Source: Elusimicrobiota bacterium (GTDB taxonomy: Bacteria > Elusimicrobiota > Elusimicrobia > F11). From it: a stretch of DNA of 64,000 nucleotides. The stretch is taken from contig JAJVIP010000010.1 of NCBI GenBank assembly GCA_022072025.1, positions 178,050 through 242,049 on the forward strand, written 5' to 3'. The position numbers and the translations under genes are program-made. Positions 8,677-17,546 of the stretch are shown here, piece after piece. The notes beneath the pieces were generated by a model, which saw only the letters and a program-made list of their open reading frames with translations, made no database searches and had not been told where the DNA came from. Each line of letters begins with the position of its first letter. The first letter of the stretch is position 1.

Positions 8677-10184
8677 ACCCGCCCGAGAAATTATTGGTGG
8701 ATCAATCGGTCCCTGGCCGGCGCGCGGCAAGGATTCCGGCCTCACCGGTGTCTCAGCCGCTTGAAAAACTGGTCCCCGCCCATCTTCTCCGCAAGAAAAA
8801 ACCGCGTCTGCCGGAGGTTACCGAATTCCAGGTGGTTCGCCATTTCACGCGCCTTTCTCATTTGAATTTTTCAATTGACGCCAATTTTTATCCGCTGGGC
8901 AGCTGCACGATGAAATACAACCCCAAAGTCAATGATGCCATCTCTGCCCTGCCGGGTTTTCGGCTCTCCCATCCTTTGGCGCCCGACGCCGTCAACCAAG
9001 GCATTCTTGAGTTGCTGTTTGATTTGGAACAGTGGCTCTGCAAAATGGCGGGCATGGACGCTTTCACCTTGCACCCCGCGGCTGGCGCGCATGGAGAATT
9101 TTGCGGCATTTTGATTGCATTGGCCTATCATCGATCAAAGGGTCACAAGAAAAATGTGGTGCTTGTTCCGGACTCAGCTCACGGCACCAACCCCGCCAGC
9201 GCGGCCATGGCGGGCCTGAGCGTCGTGCAAGTCAAATCCCAACCCAATGGTCATATTGATATGGCTGATTTCCGCTCCAAACTGAATGACGATGTGGCGT
9301 TGGTCATGATGACATTGCCGAATACCTTGGGTCTTTTTGAGGAAGAAACCGAAGCCCTCACGCGCGAGGCTCATGCCAAAGGCGCCTTGGTCTATTTGGA
9401 CGGAGCCAATTTCAACGCCTTGGCCGGCCTGATCCGCCCTGGCGATTTGGGTTTTGACATCTGCCACATCAATCTGCACAAAACTTTCTCCACACCGCAT
9501 GGCGGCGGTGGCCCCGGCGCCGGGCCCGTGGGTGTCAAAAAAGCTCTCGAACCCTTTCTTCCGGTTCCCCGCGTGATCAAAGAAAATGGCGTATTTCATT
9601 TACGGGATTCAAAACATCAATTCCCACAATCCATCGGACAACTTCGCAGTTTTGCTGGAAACACCGGAATTCTCATTCGAGCCTACACTTACATGTTGTC
9701 CTTGGGCGAGAACGGTGTCAAAGAAATGAGCCGCCGAGCCATCCTCAATGCCAACTACGTCCGTGTGCGACTCTCAAAACTTTTCAAGGCGGTGTTGAAC
9801 GAACCTTGTATGCATGAGGCGGTTTTCTCAGGTGTGACCCTTCATGATTATGGACTCAAAACACTGGATTTGGCCAAACGGTTGCTCGATTATGGTTATT
9901 ACGCGCCCACCATCTATTTCCCGCTGATCGTTCCCGAGGCTCTCATGATTGAACCCACGGAAACGGAAACGCCCGAAACGTTAGAAGAATTCTGCAACAC
10001 CATTGAGAAAATTATGGAGGAAGCCAAAACCAACCCCACGCTTCTCCAAACGGCCCCTCACACGACACCTGTTCGACGCTTGGACGAGGTCAAAGCGGCT
10101 CGCGACCCCATTCTCAAATGGGACGGCTGGGACGAAACATTGGTATTCCATGCTGGCCACTCAGCCCACTTTCAAAATCGTTGA
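8673..10184 (+). CDS. gcvPB: Glycine dehydrogenase (decarboxylating) subunit 2, PLP-dependent
   Basis: 503 aa; PLP-lysine region CHINLHKTFSTPHGGGGPG; C-terminal half of split P-protein. Confidence 0.9.
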   Translation: MNPPEKLLVDQSVPGRRAARIPASPVSQPLEKLVPAHLLRKKKPRLPEVTEFQVVRHFTRLSHLNFSIDANFYPLGSCTMKYNPKVNDAISALPGFRLSHPLAPDAVNQGILELLFDLEQWLCKMAGMDAFTLHPAAGAHGEFCGILIALAYHRSKGHKKNVVLVPDSAHGTNPASAAMAGLSVVQVKSQPNGHIDMADFRSKLNDDVALVMMTLPNTLGLFEEETEALTREAHAKGALVYLDGANFNALAGLIRPGDLGFDICHINLHKTFSTPHGGGGPGAGPVGVKKALEPFLPVPRVIKENGVFHLRDSKHQFPQSIGQLRSFAGNTGILIRAYTYMLSLGENGVKEMSRRAILNANYVRVRLSKLFKAVLNEPCMHEAVFSGVTLHDYGLKTLDLAKRLLDYGYYAPTIYFPLIVPEALMIEPTETETPETLEEFCNTIEKIMEEAKTNPTLLQTAPHTTPVRRLDEVKAARDPILKWDGWDETLVFHAGHSAHFQNR

Positions 10185-10212
10185 TTCCGGCCCCCTTCCT
10201 GGGGAACGGAAT

Positions 10213-10842
10213 ATGGAGATCGACCGCGCCGCATTGGAAGACATCCAACTCAACGCCTTGAGTAATCCCATACTTCGTTTCTTTGAGTGGACCACACCTA
10301 CGGTCACTTATGGATATCTGCTTGAATTTGAAGAGGTCAAAAAATGGGCGTCTCCCCATGGCGCGCTACCGCTCGTTAAGCGCCCGACCGGCGGAGGAGC
10401 CGTTTTGCATTCCCCCTCTGACTTGAGCCTTTCTCTCCTTTGGCCAAGAGGCATGGGTTATTTCTCTGAAACTCCCCGCGCGTGTTATGCGGAAATTCAT
10501 TCCATTATTTTGAAAACGTTGATCTCGTCTGGTGAAATTGGAAAGGCCTTCTTATACAAAGCCGCCATCCCCACAAAGGCGGGGATACAGGCCTCCCACC
10601 CTTCGTTCAAATGCAAGTCGAAAGACTGGATTCCCGCCTCCGCGGGAATGACGAAGGTACCCGCCTGCTTTCAGGAACCGGTCTGCAATGATCTGATGCA
10701 AGATGGTAAAAAGATTTTGGGGGGAGCGCTTCGGATCACCAGAGATGCCATTTTGTATCAGGGAACTCTGCAGATAGCGGCCTCAATAGACTGGGGCCAA
10801 CTCAAAAATCGATTGGCGGAGAACTTTAACCATGGCCGCTAA
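10213..10842 (+). CDS. Lipoate/octanoate-protein ligase family protein (LplA/LipM-type octanoyl- or lipoyl-transferase)
   Basis: KRPTGGGAVLH motif typical of the biotin/lipoate A/B ligase fold. The track ORF (10003-10842) overlaps gcvPB by 182 nt; trimmed to ATG at 10213 preceded by GGGGAAcGGA, giving 209 aa. Confidence 0.65.
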   Translation: MEIDRAALEDIQLNALSNPILRFFEWTTPTVTYGYLLEFEEVKKWASPHGALPLVKRPTGGGAVLHSPSDLSLSLLWPRGMGYFSETPRACYAEIHSIILKTLISSGEIGKAFLYKAAIPTKAGIQASHPSFKCKSKDWIPASAGMTKVPACFQEPVCNDLMQDGKKILGGALRITRDAILYQGTLQIAASIDWGQLKNRLAENFNHGR

Positions 10843-12241
10843 TTTTCGTTGCCGCCCCATCGAACTTTTCATTCCGGAAATAAAACAACTTCTTGAAACG
10901 CGTTCCTTTGAACCCCTTCAAGATCTGCTTAACGAGATCAACCCCATCGATTTGGCCGATGGTTTTCCAGATTTCAACCCCGAGCAACAACTCCTCATGT
11001 TTATGCTGCTCCGACAAGTTCGAATGATGGAAGTCTTCGAGGAATTAGAGCTAAAGGAACAAGAGTACATCCTTCAACATTTGGACGATCAATCGCTCAC
11101 ACCCCTGGTTCAAGATATCCCCGCCGATGTTGTGGCCAAACTATTTAAAAAGTTACCAGAGAAGATGGTCAAGAAGATGTCAAAGCACATGCACAAAGAG
11201 AAAATTGAAGTGGTGCAGGATTTCATGGATTACCCTCCTCACACCGTGGGCGCCATTATGCGGTCAAATTTCATTCACGTGGGACCCGACACAACAGCCA
11301 AAGCCACCATGTCTCTTCTTCAGGCAAGGTCAAGAGTTCGCGTAGAAGAAGGACACGATGTTATTTTCGTTACCAATGGAAATCGGCGATTATTGGGAGG
11401 AGTGGCGCTTCGAACCCTGATCGCAGCGCCCAGCGACATCCCCATGAAAGAGATTATGTCGCCCATGTCGCCCATTCGTATTTTGGTGACAATGGACAGA
11501 GAAGAAGCGTCCGACATTTTTTCCCGATACAAAATTATGACGGCGCCGGTGGTGGACGAAAATGGACGTTTGGTGGGCGTCCTCGACGCAGACGATGTGA
11601 TTCAAGTTATCGAGCAAGAAACCACCGAAGACATTCAAAAACTCGGCGCTATTGAGGCTTTGGAAGAACCGTATTTTAAAACCAACATTTTTGATGTGGT
11701 TAAAAAGCGCGCCACCTGGCTCTGCCTTCTTTTCTTTGGCCAAACATTAACAGCCACTGCCATGGGATTTTTTGAAGGTGAAATTGCGCGGGCCGCTGTG
11801 TTGGCCCTTTTTATCCCGCTCGTGATATCCAGTGGTGGAAATTCAGGCTCGCAAGCCGCCACGCTTATTGTTCGGGCCCTTTCACTCAAAGAAATTACCT
11901 TCCGGGATTGGTGGCGTGTTGTCGAACGGGAATTCGTTTCAGGGCTAACGCTGGGCCTCATTCTGGGCAGCTTAGGATTTTTGGGAATTGCTGGCTGGGG
12001 AACCTTCGCCCACCTTTATGGCCCTCACCATCTGCTGGTTGGCCTGGCTGTGGGTTTGGCCTTGGTGCTGATTGTTCTCTGGGGTTCGGTCATTGGATCA
12101 CTGCTTCCCATATTCCTTAAGAAATTGGGACTCGACCCAGCCGTGGCCTCCGCTCCGTTTGTGGCCACCTTGGTTGACGTGACGGGATTGGTTATTTATT
12201 TTACAGTCTCACTTTTGGTCCTCAAAGGAACGTTGCTGTGA
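10832..12241 (+). CDS. mgtE: Magnesium transporter MgtE
   Basis: 469 aa; MgtE N-domain, tandem CBS region, C-terminal 5-TM transporter region (GGNSGSQAAT motif). Confidence 0.85.
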   Translation: MAANFRCRPIELFIPEIKQLLETRSFEPLQDLLNEINPIDLADGFPDFNPEQQLLMFMLLRQVRMMEVFEELELKEQEYILQHLDDQSLTPLVQDIPADVVAKLFKKLPEKMVKKMSKHMHKEKIEVVQDFMDYPPHTVGAIMRSNFIHVGPDTTAKATMSLLQARSRVRVEEGHDVIFVTNGNRRLLGGVALRTLIAAPSDIPMKEIMSPMSPIRILVTMDREEASDIFSRYKIMTAPVVDENGRLVGVLDADDVIQVIEQETTEDIQKLGAIEALEEPYFKTNIFDVVKKRATWLCLLFFGQTLTATAMGFFEGEIARAAVLALFIPLVISSGGNSGSQAATLIVRALSLKEITFRDWWRVVEREFVSGLTLGLILGSLGFLGIAGWGTFAHLYGPHHLLVGLAVGLALVLIVLWGSVIGSLLPIFLKKLGLDPAVASAPFVATLVDVTGLVIYFTVSLLVLKGTLL

Positions 12242-12642
12242 AAGCTTTTGACTCTCTGGTAAAAATCATGGCTCAACTGCGCTCCAAAAGCGGCTGCCCG
12301 TGGGACCGAGAGCAAACACACATTTCGTTGGTGAAATATCTCCGTGAAGAAACCAAAGAGTTGGAACAGGCAATCCGAAAGAAAGACATGGCCAACCTCG
12401 AAGAAGAGTTGGGGGACGTGTTGCTCCAAATCCTTTTTCATTCTCAAATCGCTTCAGAAAAAAACCTTTTTGACATAGAGGACGTTATCCAAACGCTCAC
12501 CACAAAACTGACGCTTCGCCACCCCCATGTGTTTGGAGACAAAAAACATGAAAAGTGGACGGCTCAAGACGTGGTGGCCCGCTGGGATGAAATCAAACAA
12601 CGCGAAAAAGAAATACGCCGAAAAATGAGGCGTAAACGCTAA
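12238..12642 (+). CDS. mazG: MazG-like nucleoside triphosphate pyrophosphohydrolase
   Basis: 134 aa; SGCPWDREQTH and EETKELEQA...ELGDVLLQI all-alpha NTP-PPase motifs. Confidence 0.8.
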   Translation: MKAFDSLVKIMAQLRSKSGCPWDREQTHISLVKYLREETKELEQAIRKKDMANLEEELGDVLLQILFHSQIASEKNLFDIEDVIQTLTTKLTLRHPHVFGDKKHEKWTAQDVVARWDEIKQREKEIRRKMRRKR

Positions 12643-12654
12643 TATCCGTCAACA

Positions 12655-12897
12655 ATGCCTACAATTTTGTCAAAAAATGGTTATCGATTATTTTTTTATT
12701 CGAATGAAGGATCTGAACCACCCCATGTCAATGTTGAATATCAAGGAGCTGTTGCAAAGTTTTGGCTTAACCCTGTTGTATTGGCAAGTAATCTCGGCAT
12801 GAGTGCGCATAATGTTCGGAAAGCATCAGGAATTGTCCAACAACATGAAACCCACATAAGGGAGAAATGGAATGAATTCTTTAGCAAAAAGTCTTGA
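12655..12897 (+). CDS. DUF4160 family protein (putative toxin-antitoxin-like component)
   Basis: 80 aa; YRLFFYSNEGSEPPHVNVEY...AKFWLNPV signature of DUF4160; paired with a DUF2442 gene overlapping by 26 nt. Confidence 0.7.
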   Translation: MPTILSKNGYRLFFYSNEGSEPPHVNVEYQGAVAKFWLNPVVLASNLGMSAHNVRKASGIVQQHETHIREKWNEFFSKKS

Positions 12898-13135
12898 AAC
12901 CTATTTCGTCGCTACGCATATCAGCTTCGACGAAGATTTCATTTGCATCAAACTGGTTGATGGCCGGGAAGTGAAAGTCCCCATTGAGTTCTATCCCAAA
13001 ATCAAAAACGCCAAATCAAAACAACGCAAGAATTTTCGCCTGATTGGCATGGGAACCGGAATTCATTGGCCGGACCTTGATGAAGACCTCAGTGTTGAGG
13101 GACTGGTACTTGGACGTAAGGTACCTGAACGCTAA
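12872..13135 (+). CDS. DUF2442 family protein (partner of DUF4160)
   Basis: 87 aa; C-terminal GMGTGIHWPDLDEDLSVEGLVLG signature of DUF2442. Confidence 0.7.
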   Translation: MNSLAKSLETYFVATHISFDEDFICIKLVDGREVKVPIEFYPKIKNAKSKQRKNFRLIGMGTGIHWPDLDEDLSVEGLVLGRKVPER

Positions 13136-13522
13136 ATGAAAACAAAACTGGGGTATACCGATCGTCACGCCGTGGCGGGAATCAAGGCGAGTTTGCCCGC
13201 CATTGAATGCTGGCCCAATCAATATCCGAATTATGACATCACGATCACAGTTCCGGAATACACCTCAATTTGCCCCAAAACCCAATTGCCTGATTTTGGA
13301 ACGATAAAAATCATCTATCGCCCGAATAAACTCTGTATGGAATTAAAGTCTCTCAAGATGTACTTGCTCGCTTATCGCAATTTGGGGATCTTTTACGAGA
13401 ACGCCGTGAACCGAATTCTCAAAGACGTGGTTAAATCTTGCAGTCCCAAATGGTGTGTGGTGCGAGGCGAGTTCTCCTCCCGCGGGGGAATTCACAGCAC
13501 CATCGAAGCACGTTACCGATAA
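13136..13522 (+). CDS. queF: NADPH-dependent 7-cyano-7-deazaguanine reductase (preQ0 reductase), type I
   Basis: 128 aa; catalytic Cys in YTSICPKTQLPDFG and the E-x-K-x-x-K-x-Y QueF motif (ELKSLKMYL). Confidence 0.85.
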   Translation: MKTKLGYTDRHAVAGIKASLPAIECWPNQYPNYDITITVPEYTSICPKTQLPDFGTIKIIYRPNKLCMELKSLKMYLLAYRNLGIFYENAVNRILKDVVKSCSPKWCVVRGEFSSRGGIHSTIEARYR

Positions 13523-13563
13523 CTCCCTCTGAAAGGAGTCAGAGTCGCCGCCCTGAGAAAACC

Positions 13564-13779
13564 CTATTCCCCTTCTTGTATCGCCTTCTCGGTTTTAGAA
13601 ATCCCGTCATTCATTTTTTTTACTGACTGACGGGCGCGATCCACATCGGACTGCATCTCGCTTACATAGCGGGTGGCAGGATTGTTGACGGCAGCCTCCT
13701 CGCTCTGAACGGGCGCCTTTGTCTCTGTCGGCTTGCAACCCGACAGAACGACCAAAAACCCAAAGATAAATCTCCTCAT
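13564..13779 (-). CDS. Small lipoprotein (71 aa), unknown function
   Basis: ATG at 13779 preceded by GGAGGAAG RBS; MRRFIFGFLVVLSGC lipobox; the track shows a longer 181-aa ORF that runs into dapL and was trimmed. Confidence 0.5.
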   Translation of the reverse strand: MRRFIFGFLVVLSGCKPTETKAPVQSEEAAVNNPATRYVSEMQSDVDRARQSVKKMNDGISKTEKAIQEGE

Positions 13780-13811
13780 CTTTTGACTTCCTCCTTCAGA
13801 CCCCCATTGAA

Positions 13812-14981
13812 TTACCAGGTCAGTTTGGAAATCCGTTGAATCGCCTCTTGCAGGCGAAACTCTTCCACCGTGAGAGCGAAGCGAACATAACCCTCCCCGG
13901 AAGGGCCAAAACCATGGCCCGGCGTGCAAAGCACGGCCGCTTTGTCCAAGATATGCGAGACAGTTTCCATGGAAGTTAATCCCAGGGGAGTGCGAGCCCA
14001 GACGTAAAATGTGGCATCGGGAGTGTTCAAGTCCCACCCCATTTTTTTGAGGGCCGGAACAAAAACATCGCGTCGCTTCTTGTACATCTTTCGCATTTCT
14101 TCCACACAATCCTGGGGTCCCGTGAGGGCGGCGATACCTGCCGACTGAACCACCTCGAACACACCGGAATCGAAATTGTCTTTAACCGTGGCCAATTGCT
14201 TGACCACGTCTTTGTTTCCGCAGACCCATCCAATACGCCAACCGGTCATGTTGTAGGTTTTAGACAAGGAATGAAATTCCACCCCCACTTCCTTCGCGCC
14301 CGGAGTGCTTAAGAAACTAATCGGAGGTTCTCCGTAATACATTTCCGAATAAGCATTGTCATGCGCAACCACAATTTGATGATCACGCGCAAATTTGATG
14401 ACCTTCTCAAAGAATTCCCGCGTGGCTGAGGCGGAGGTGGGATTGTTGGGATATCCAATAAACATCAAACTCGCCCGGTCACGCACATCAATGGGAATGG
14501 CATCCAAGTCGGGCAGAAAATTGTTTTCTTTCAGGAGGGGCATGTAATAGGGTTTCGCTCCCGCCAAGATGGTGGCCCCTTGATACACCGGGTACCCGGG
14601 ATCGGGAACCAACACCACGTCATCGACATCCACCACCCCCAAAGGCAAATGCCCGATGCCTTCTTTGGAACCAATCAATGAATATATTTCGGTGGTCGCA
14701 TCCACCTCAACGCCAAAACGCCGTTTCATGAACGAACAGACGGCCTCTCTAAACGCACCGAGACCCGAACCAAAGGGGTACTTGTGATGGGAGGGGTTGT
14801 CCATCGCTCGCTTCGCCGCCTCAATGATATGCGAGGGAGTGGGCTTATCGGGATCTCCAACACCCAAAGAAATTAAATCTACGCCACTGGCCAAAACAGC
14901 TTTCTTGCGGCGGTCCAATTCGGCAAATAAATAGGGCGGAAGTTTTTGTAACCGTTGATTCAACGACGACCTAACTTTCAT
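13812..14981 (-). CDS. dapL: LL-diaminopimelate aminotransferase (DapL-type lysine pathway)
   Basis: Class I/II aminotransferase with DapL N-terminus LQKLPPYLFAELD and PLP-lysine region; start trimmed to ATG 14981 with GGAAGGAG RBS (track start 15008). Confidence 0.8.
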   Translation of the reverse strand: MKVRSSLNQRLQKLPPYLFAELDRRKKAVLASGVDLISLGVGDPDKPTPSHIIEAAKRAMDNPSHHKYPFGSGLGAFREAVCSFMKRRFGVEVDATTEIYSLIGSKEGIGHLPLGVVDVDDVVLVPDPGYPVYQGATILAGAKPYYMPLLKENNFLPDLDAIPIDVRDRASLMFIGYPNNPTSASATREFFEKVIKFARDHQIVVAHDNAYSEMYYGEPPISFLSTPGAKEVGVEFHSLSKTYNMTGWRIGWVCGNKDVVKQLATVKDNFDSGVFEVVQSAGIAALTGPQDCVEEMRKMYKKRRDVFVPALKKMGWDLNTPDATFYVWARTPLGLTSMETVSHILDKAAVLCTPGHGFGPSGEGYVRFALTVEEFRLQEAIQRISKLTW

Positions 14982-15014
14982 TTTGACTCCTTCCCACGTT
15001 CCTGGCATTGTGTT

Positions 15015-15103
15015 CCGTCATCCCGGCCGGAAAACGTGCCGGGGCGACAGCGTCTTGTGCAGTAGCTTTAAGTACGATTCAACTGAATTATTCAGGTTAA
15101 ATA
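15015..15103. repeat. Palindromic repeat element, family A copy 1 (short variant) in the dapB-dapL spacer
   Basis: gtcatcccggc-cggaaaacgt-gccggggcgac outer stem plus gattcaactgaattattcaggttaa tail shared with 21913-22050 and 34897-35030; lacks the inner ggccgggatccaggtttt/aaaacctgggccccggcc hairpin. Confidence 0.55.
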
Positions 15104-15834
15104 TTCAAGACATCTTTCATAGCGTACAAACCTGGCTTTCGACCCACACCCCATGCGGCCGCTTCCAAAGCGCCTGAGGCGAAAGCGTCGCGAGAATGGG
15201 CGCGGTGAGTTAGTTCCAACCGTTCTCCAGGACCCGCCAAAAGAACGGTGTGGTCTCCCACAATATCGCCGGCTCGAACCGCCGAAATCCCGATCTCTTT
15301 TTTGGTCCGTTCCCCCACCAATCCCTGCCGTCCATAAACAAAATCGCGCACATTCCGATAGGAGGCTTGAGCGGCCACCTCCGCCAATTTCATGGCACTT
15401 CCCGAAGGAGCGTCTTTTTTTAAATGGTGGTGCGCCTCTACCACTTCAATGTCATAAGCCGCCAGAATTCGCGCCGCTTTGGCCACCAAATCGAACAGCA
15501 CGTTCATTCCGACGCTCATGTTCGGGGAAAAAACAATTGGAATTTTTTTTGAAAGAGTTTTCACTTGAGACAAAGTTTTAAGTGAAAGTCCCGTGGTTCC
15601 AATGACCAACGCTCGCTTCGACTGAGCCACTGTTTTGGCTATCGAAAAAGTGGAATGCGGGTCTGAAAAATCGATGACCACATCCGATCCTTCCAGACCT
15701 GCATTCAAATCATCATCTCGGTCCACACCCACGATCTCTCCAAAACGCGGATCTTGGTGCGCCAGCGCCAAAATACGCGTTCCCATCCGTCCCCGAGCGC
15801 CACACACCAACAAACGTATTTTTGGGGGTCTCAC
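15097..15834 (-). CDS. dapB: 4-hydroxy-tetrahydrodipicolinate reductase
   Basis: 245 aa; N-terminal Rossmann VCGARGRMG; conserved DapB C-terminal domain; overlaps dapA stop by 4 nt. Confidence 0.9.
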   Translation of the reverse strand: MRPPKIRLLVCGARGRMGTRILALAHQDPRFGEIVGVDRDDDLNAGLEGSDVVIDFSDPHSTFSIAKTVAQSKRALVIGTTGLSLKTLSQVKTLSKKIPIVFSPNMSVGMNVLFDLVAKAARILAAYDIEVVEAHHHLKKDAPSGSAMKLAEVAAQASYRNVRDFVYGRQGLVGERTKKEIGISAVRAGDIVGDHTVLLAGPGERLELTHRAHSRDAFASGALEAAAWGVGRKPGLYAMKDVLNI

Positions 15835-16706
15835 CGGCTGTACCCACGCATGGCCGCCTTGATTTTCTGACGGGTCTCTGATCGCACCGTCACCAAGGGC
15901 AACCGCAAGCTTTCATCCTGAATAAGTTTGGCCTCTTTCATGGCCGCTTTGAGCGGTGCGGGATTGGTTTCCAAGAAAAGAGACTTGATTAAGGGGAACA
16001 GTTTCAAATGAAGCTCTTGAGCTCTCTGAAAATCTTGAATTAAACAAGCCGACACCAGCTCTGCAATCGATTTTGGGACCAAGTTCGCCGCCACTGAAAT
16101 CACGCCAACGGCGCCCACGGACATCAACGGCAAGGTCAAGGAATCATCCCCAGAAAGAACAAAAAACTTCCGTCCCATCCGTTGAATAATTTCGGAGGTT
16201 TGATCGATACTCCCCGTCGATTCTTTGATTCCCACAATATTTTTATTTTTCTCCGCCAATCGAACAATGGTGTCCACCGACAAAGAAACCCCCGTCCGTG
16301 ATGGAATGTTATAGAGGATGACGGGAACTGAGGCCGCCTTCGCAATGGCTGAAAAATGGGCAACAAGTCCTTCTTGCGTGGGACGGTTATAGTAGGGATT
16401 GACCGACAAAACGGCGTCGACCCCCAGCTTAAGCGCTTCTTGGCTTAAGGAAATGGCCTCTTCAGTGGAATTGGAACCGGCCCCCGCAATCACAGGAACG
16501 CGTTTCTTGACCGCGGCCACAACAATTTTTATGACCTGCGCATGTTCCTCATGCGAAAGAGTGGACGACTCTCCCGTGGTTCCCACTGGAACAAGGCCCG
16601 ATGTTTTTTCTGCGATATGCCATTCCACCAGCTCTTGCAGTTTTTTTTCATCAATGCGCCCTTTTTTGAAGGGGGTGATAAGTGCAACGAATGATCCTGA
16701 GAACAT
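15831..16706 (-). CDS. dapA: 4-hydroxy-tetrahydrodipicolinate synthase
   Basis: 291 aa; GTTGESSTLS and NPYYNRP motifs; TIM-barrel DHDPS family. Confidence 0.9.
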   Translation of the reverse strand: MFSGSFVALITPFKKGRIDEKKLQELVEWHIAEKTSGLVPVGTTGESSTLSHEEHAQVIKIVVAAVKKRVPVIAGAGSNSTEEAISLSQEALKLGVDAVLSVNPYYNRPTQEGLVAHFSAIAKAASVPVILYNIPSRTGVSLSVDTIVRLAEKNKNIVGIKESTGSIDQTSEIIQRMGRKFFVLSGDDSLTLPLMSVGAVGVISVAANLVPKSIAELVSACLIQDFQRAQELHLKLFPLIKSLFLETNPAPLKAAMKEAKLIQDESLRLPLVTVRSETRQKIKAAMRGYSR

Positions 16707-16724
16707 AATCTCTCCTCTGAATAA

Positions 16725-17546
16725 TTAAAGAAAAAAATCGCCTTTAAAAGTGATCGCCGTGGGCCCCGTGAGATACACATGTTGATTGTCCTCCCATCGG
16801 ACACCCAACCTCCCTCCCGGCAAGTCAATCTTCACCGAACGTCTTGTTTTTCCAAACCGAGCTGAAGCCACCAGAATGGCGCAAGCGCCCGAGCCGCACG
16901 CCAAGGTTTCACCCGCTCCACGCTCCCAAACCCGGGCCTTCAAGTGCGTTGGGCTCATGACTTCCACAAATTCAACATTGACCCGTTTGGGGAAAAAGGG
17001 ATGGTTTTCAATCAAGGGCCCAATCTGTTGAACCGAAAAGCGTTCCACATCTCGCACAAATATAACGCAGTGGGGATTCCCCATGGACACCGAATGAATT
17101 TTGAAAGTTTTTCCCGCCACAGTAAATGGACGATTGATAATGGGGCCTTTGGCTTTGACCGGAATCAAGGAGCCCTCCAACACCGGCCTTCCCATATCCA
17201 CTTCAATTGTGCCCTTCTCGATCCGGATGCCGACCAAACGGGTTTTCGTTTGAATTTCGAAGTTATTTCGGACACCCTTATGATCTCGAAGGTAAAGGGC
17301 AGCGGCACGCGTTCCATTTCCGCACATTTCCGCTTGGGAACCATCCGCATTGTAAAACTCAAGCAGGGGTCGCCCCCCCTCCCGCTTTGGAGTCAACACC
17401 AAGAGCTGATCGCCTCCAATACCAAAATGCCGGTCCAAAAGACGTCTGGCCAAGCCGGGAGAAACCGTGCCTTTGAAATTATCGCGGTTGAGAAAAACAA
17501 AATCATTGCCGGCGCCATGCATTTTTACAAAAGGAATTTTCTTCAT
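16725..17546 (-). CDS. dapF: Diaminopimelate epimerase
   Basis: 273 aa; two catalytic Cys motifs (MCGNGTRA, CGSGACAI) and FVKMHGAGNDFVF N-terminus. Confidence 0.9.
   Translation of the reverse strand: MKKIPFVKMHGAGNDFVFLNRDNFKGTVSPGLARRLLDRHFGIGGDQLLVLTPKREGGRPLLEFYNADGSQAEMCGNGTRAAALYLRDHKGVRNNFEIQTKTRLVGIRIEKGTIEVDMGRPVLEGSLIPVKAKGPIINRPFTVAGKTFKIHSVSMGNPHCVIFVRDVERFSVQQIGPLIENHPFFPKRVNVEFVEVMSPTHLKARVWERGAGETLACGSGACAILVASARFGKTRRSVKIDLPGGRLGVRWEDNQHVYLTGPTAITFKGDFFL

Noticed and set aside
13564-14109. 181-aa minus-strand ORF overlapping the 3-prime end of dapL
   Set aside because: The upstream two-thirds overlap dapL in another frame. Only the terminal 71-aa lipoprotein (13564-13779) with its own RBS and lipobox was kept.
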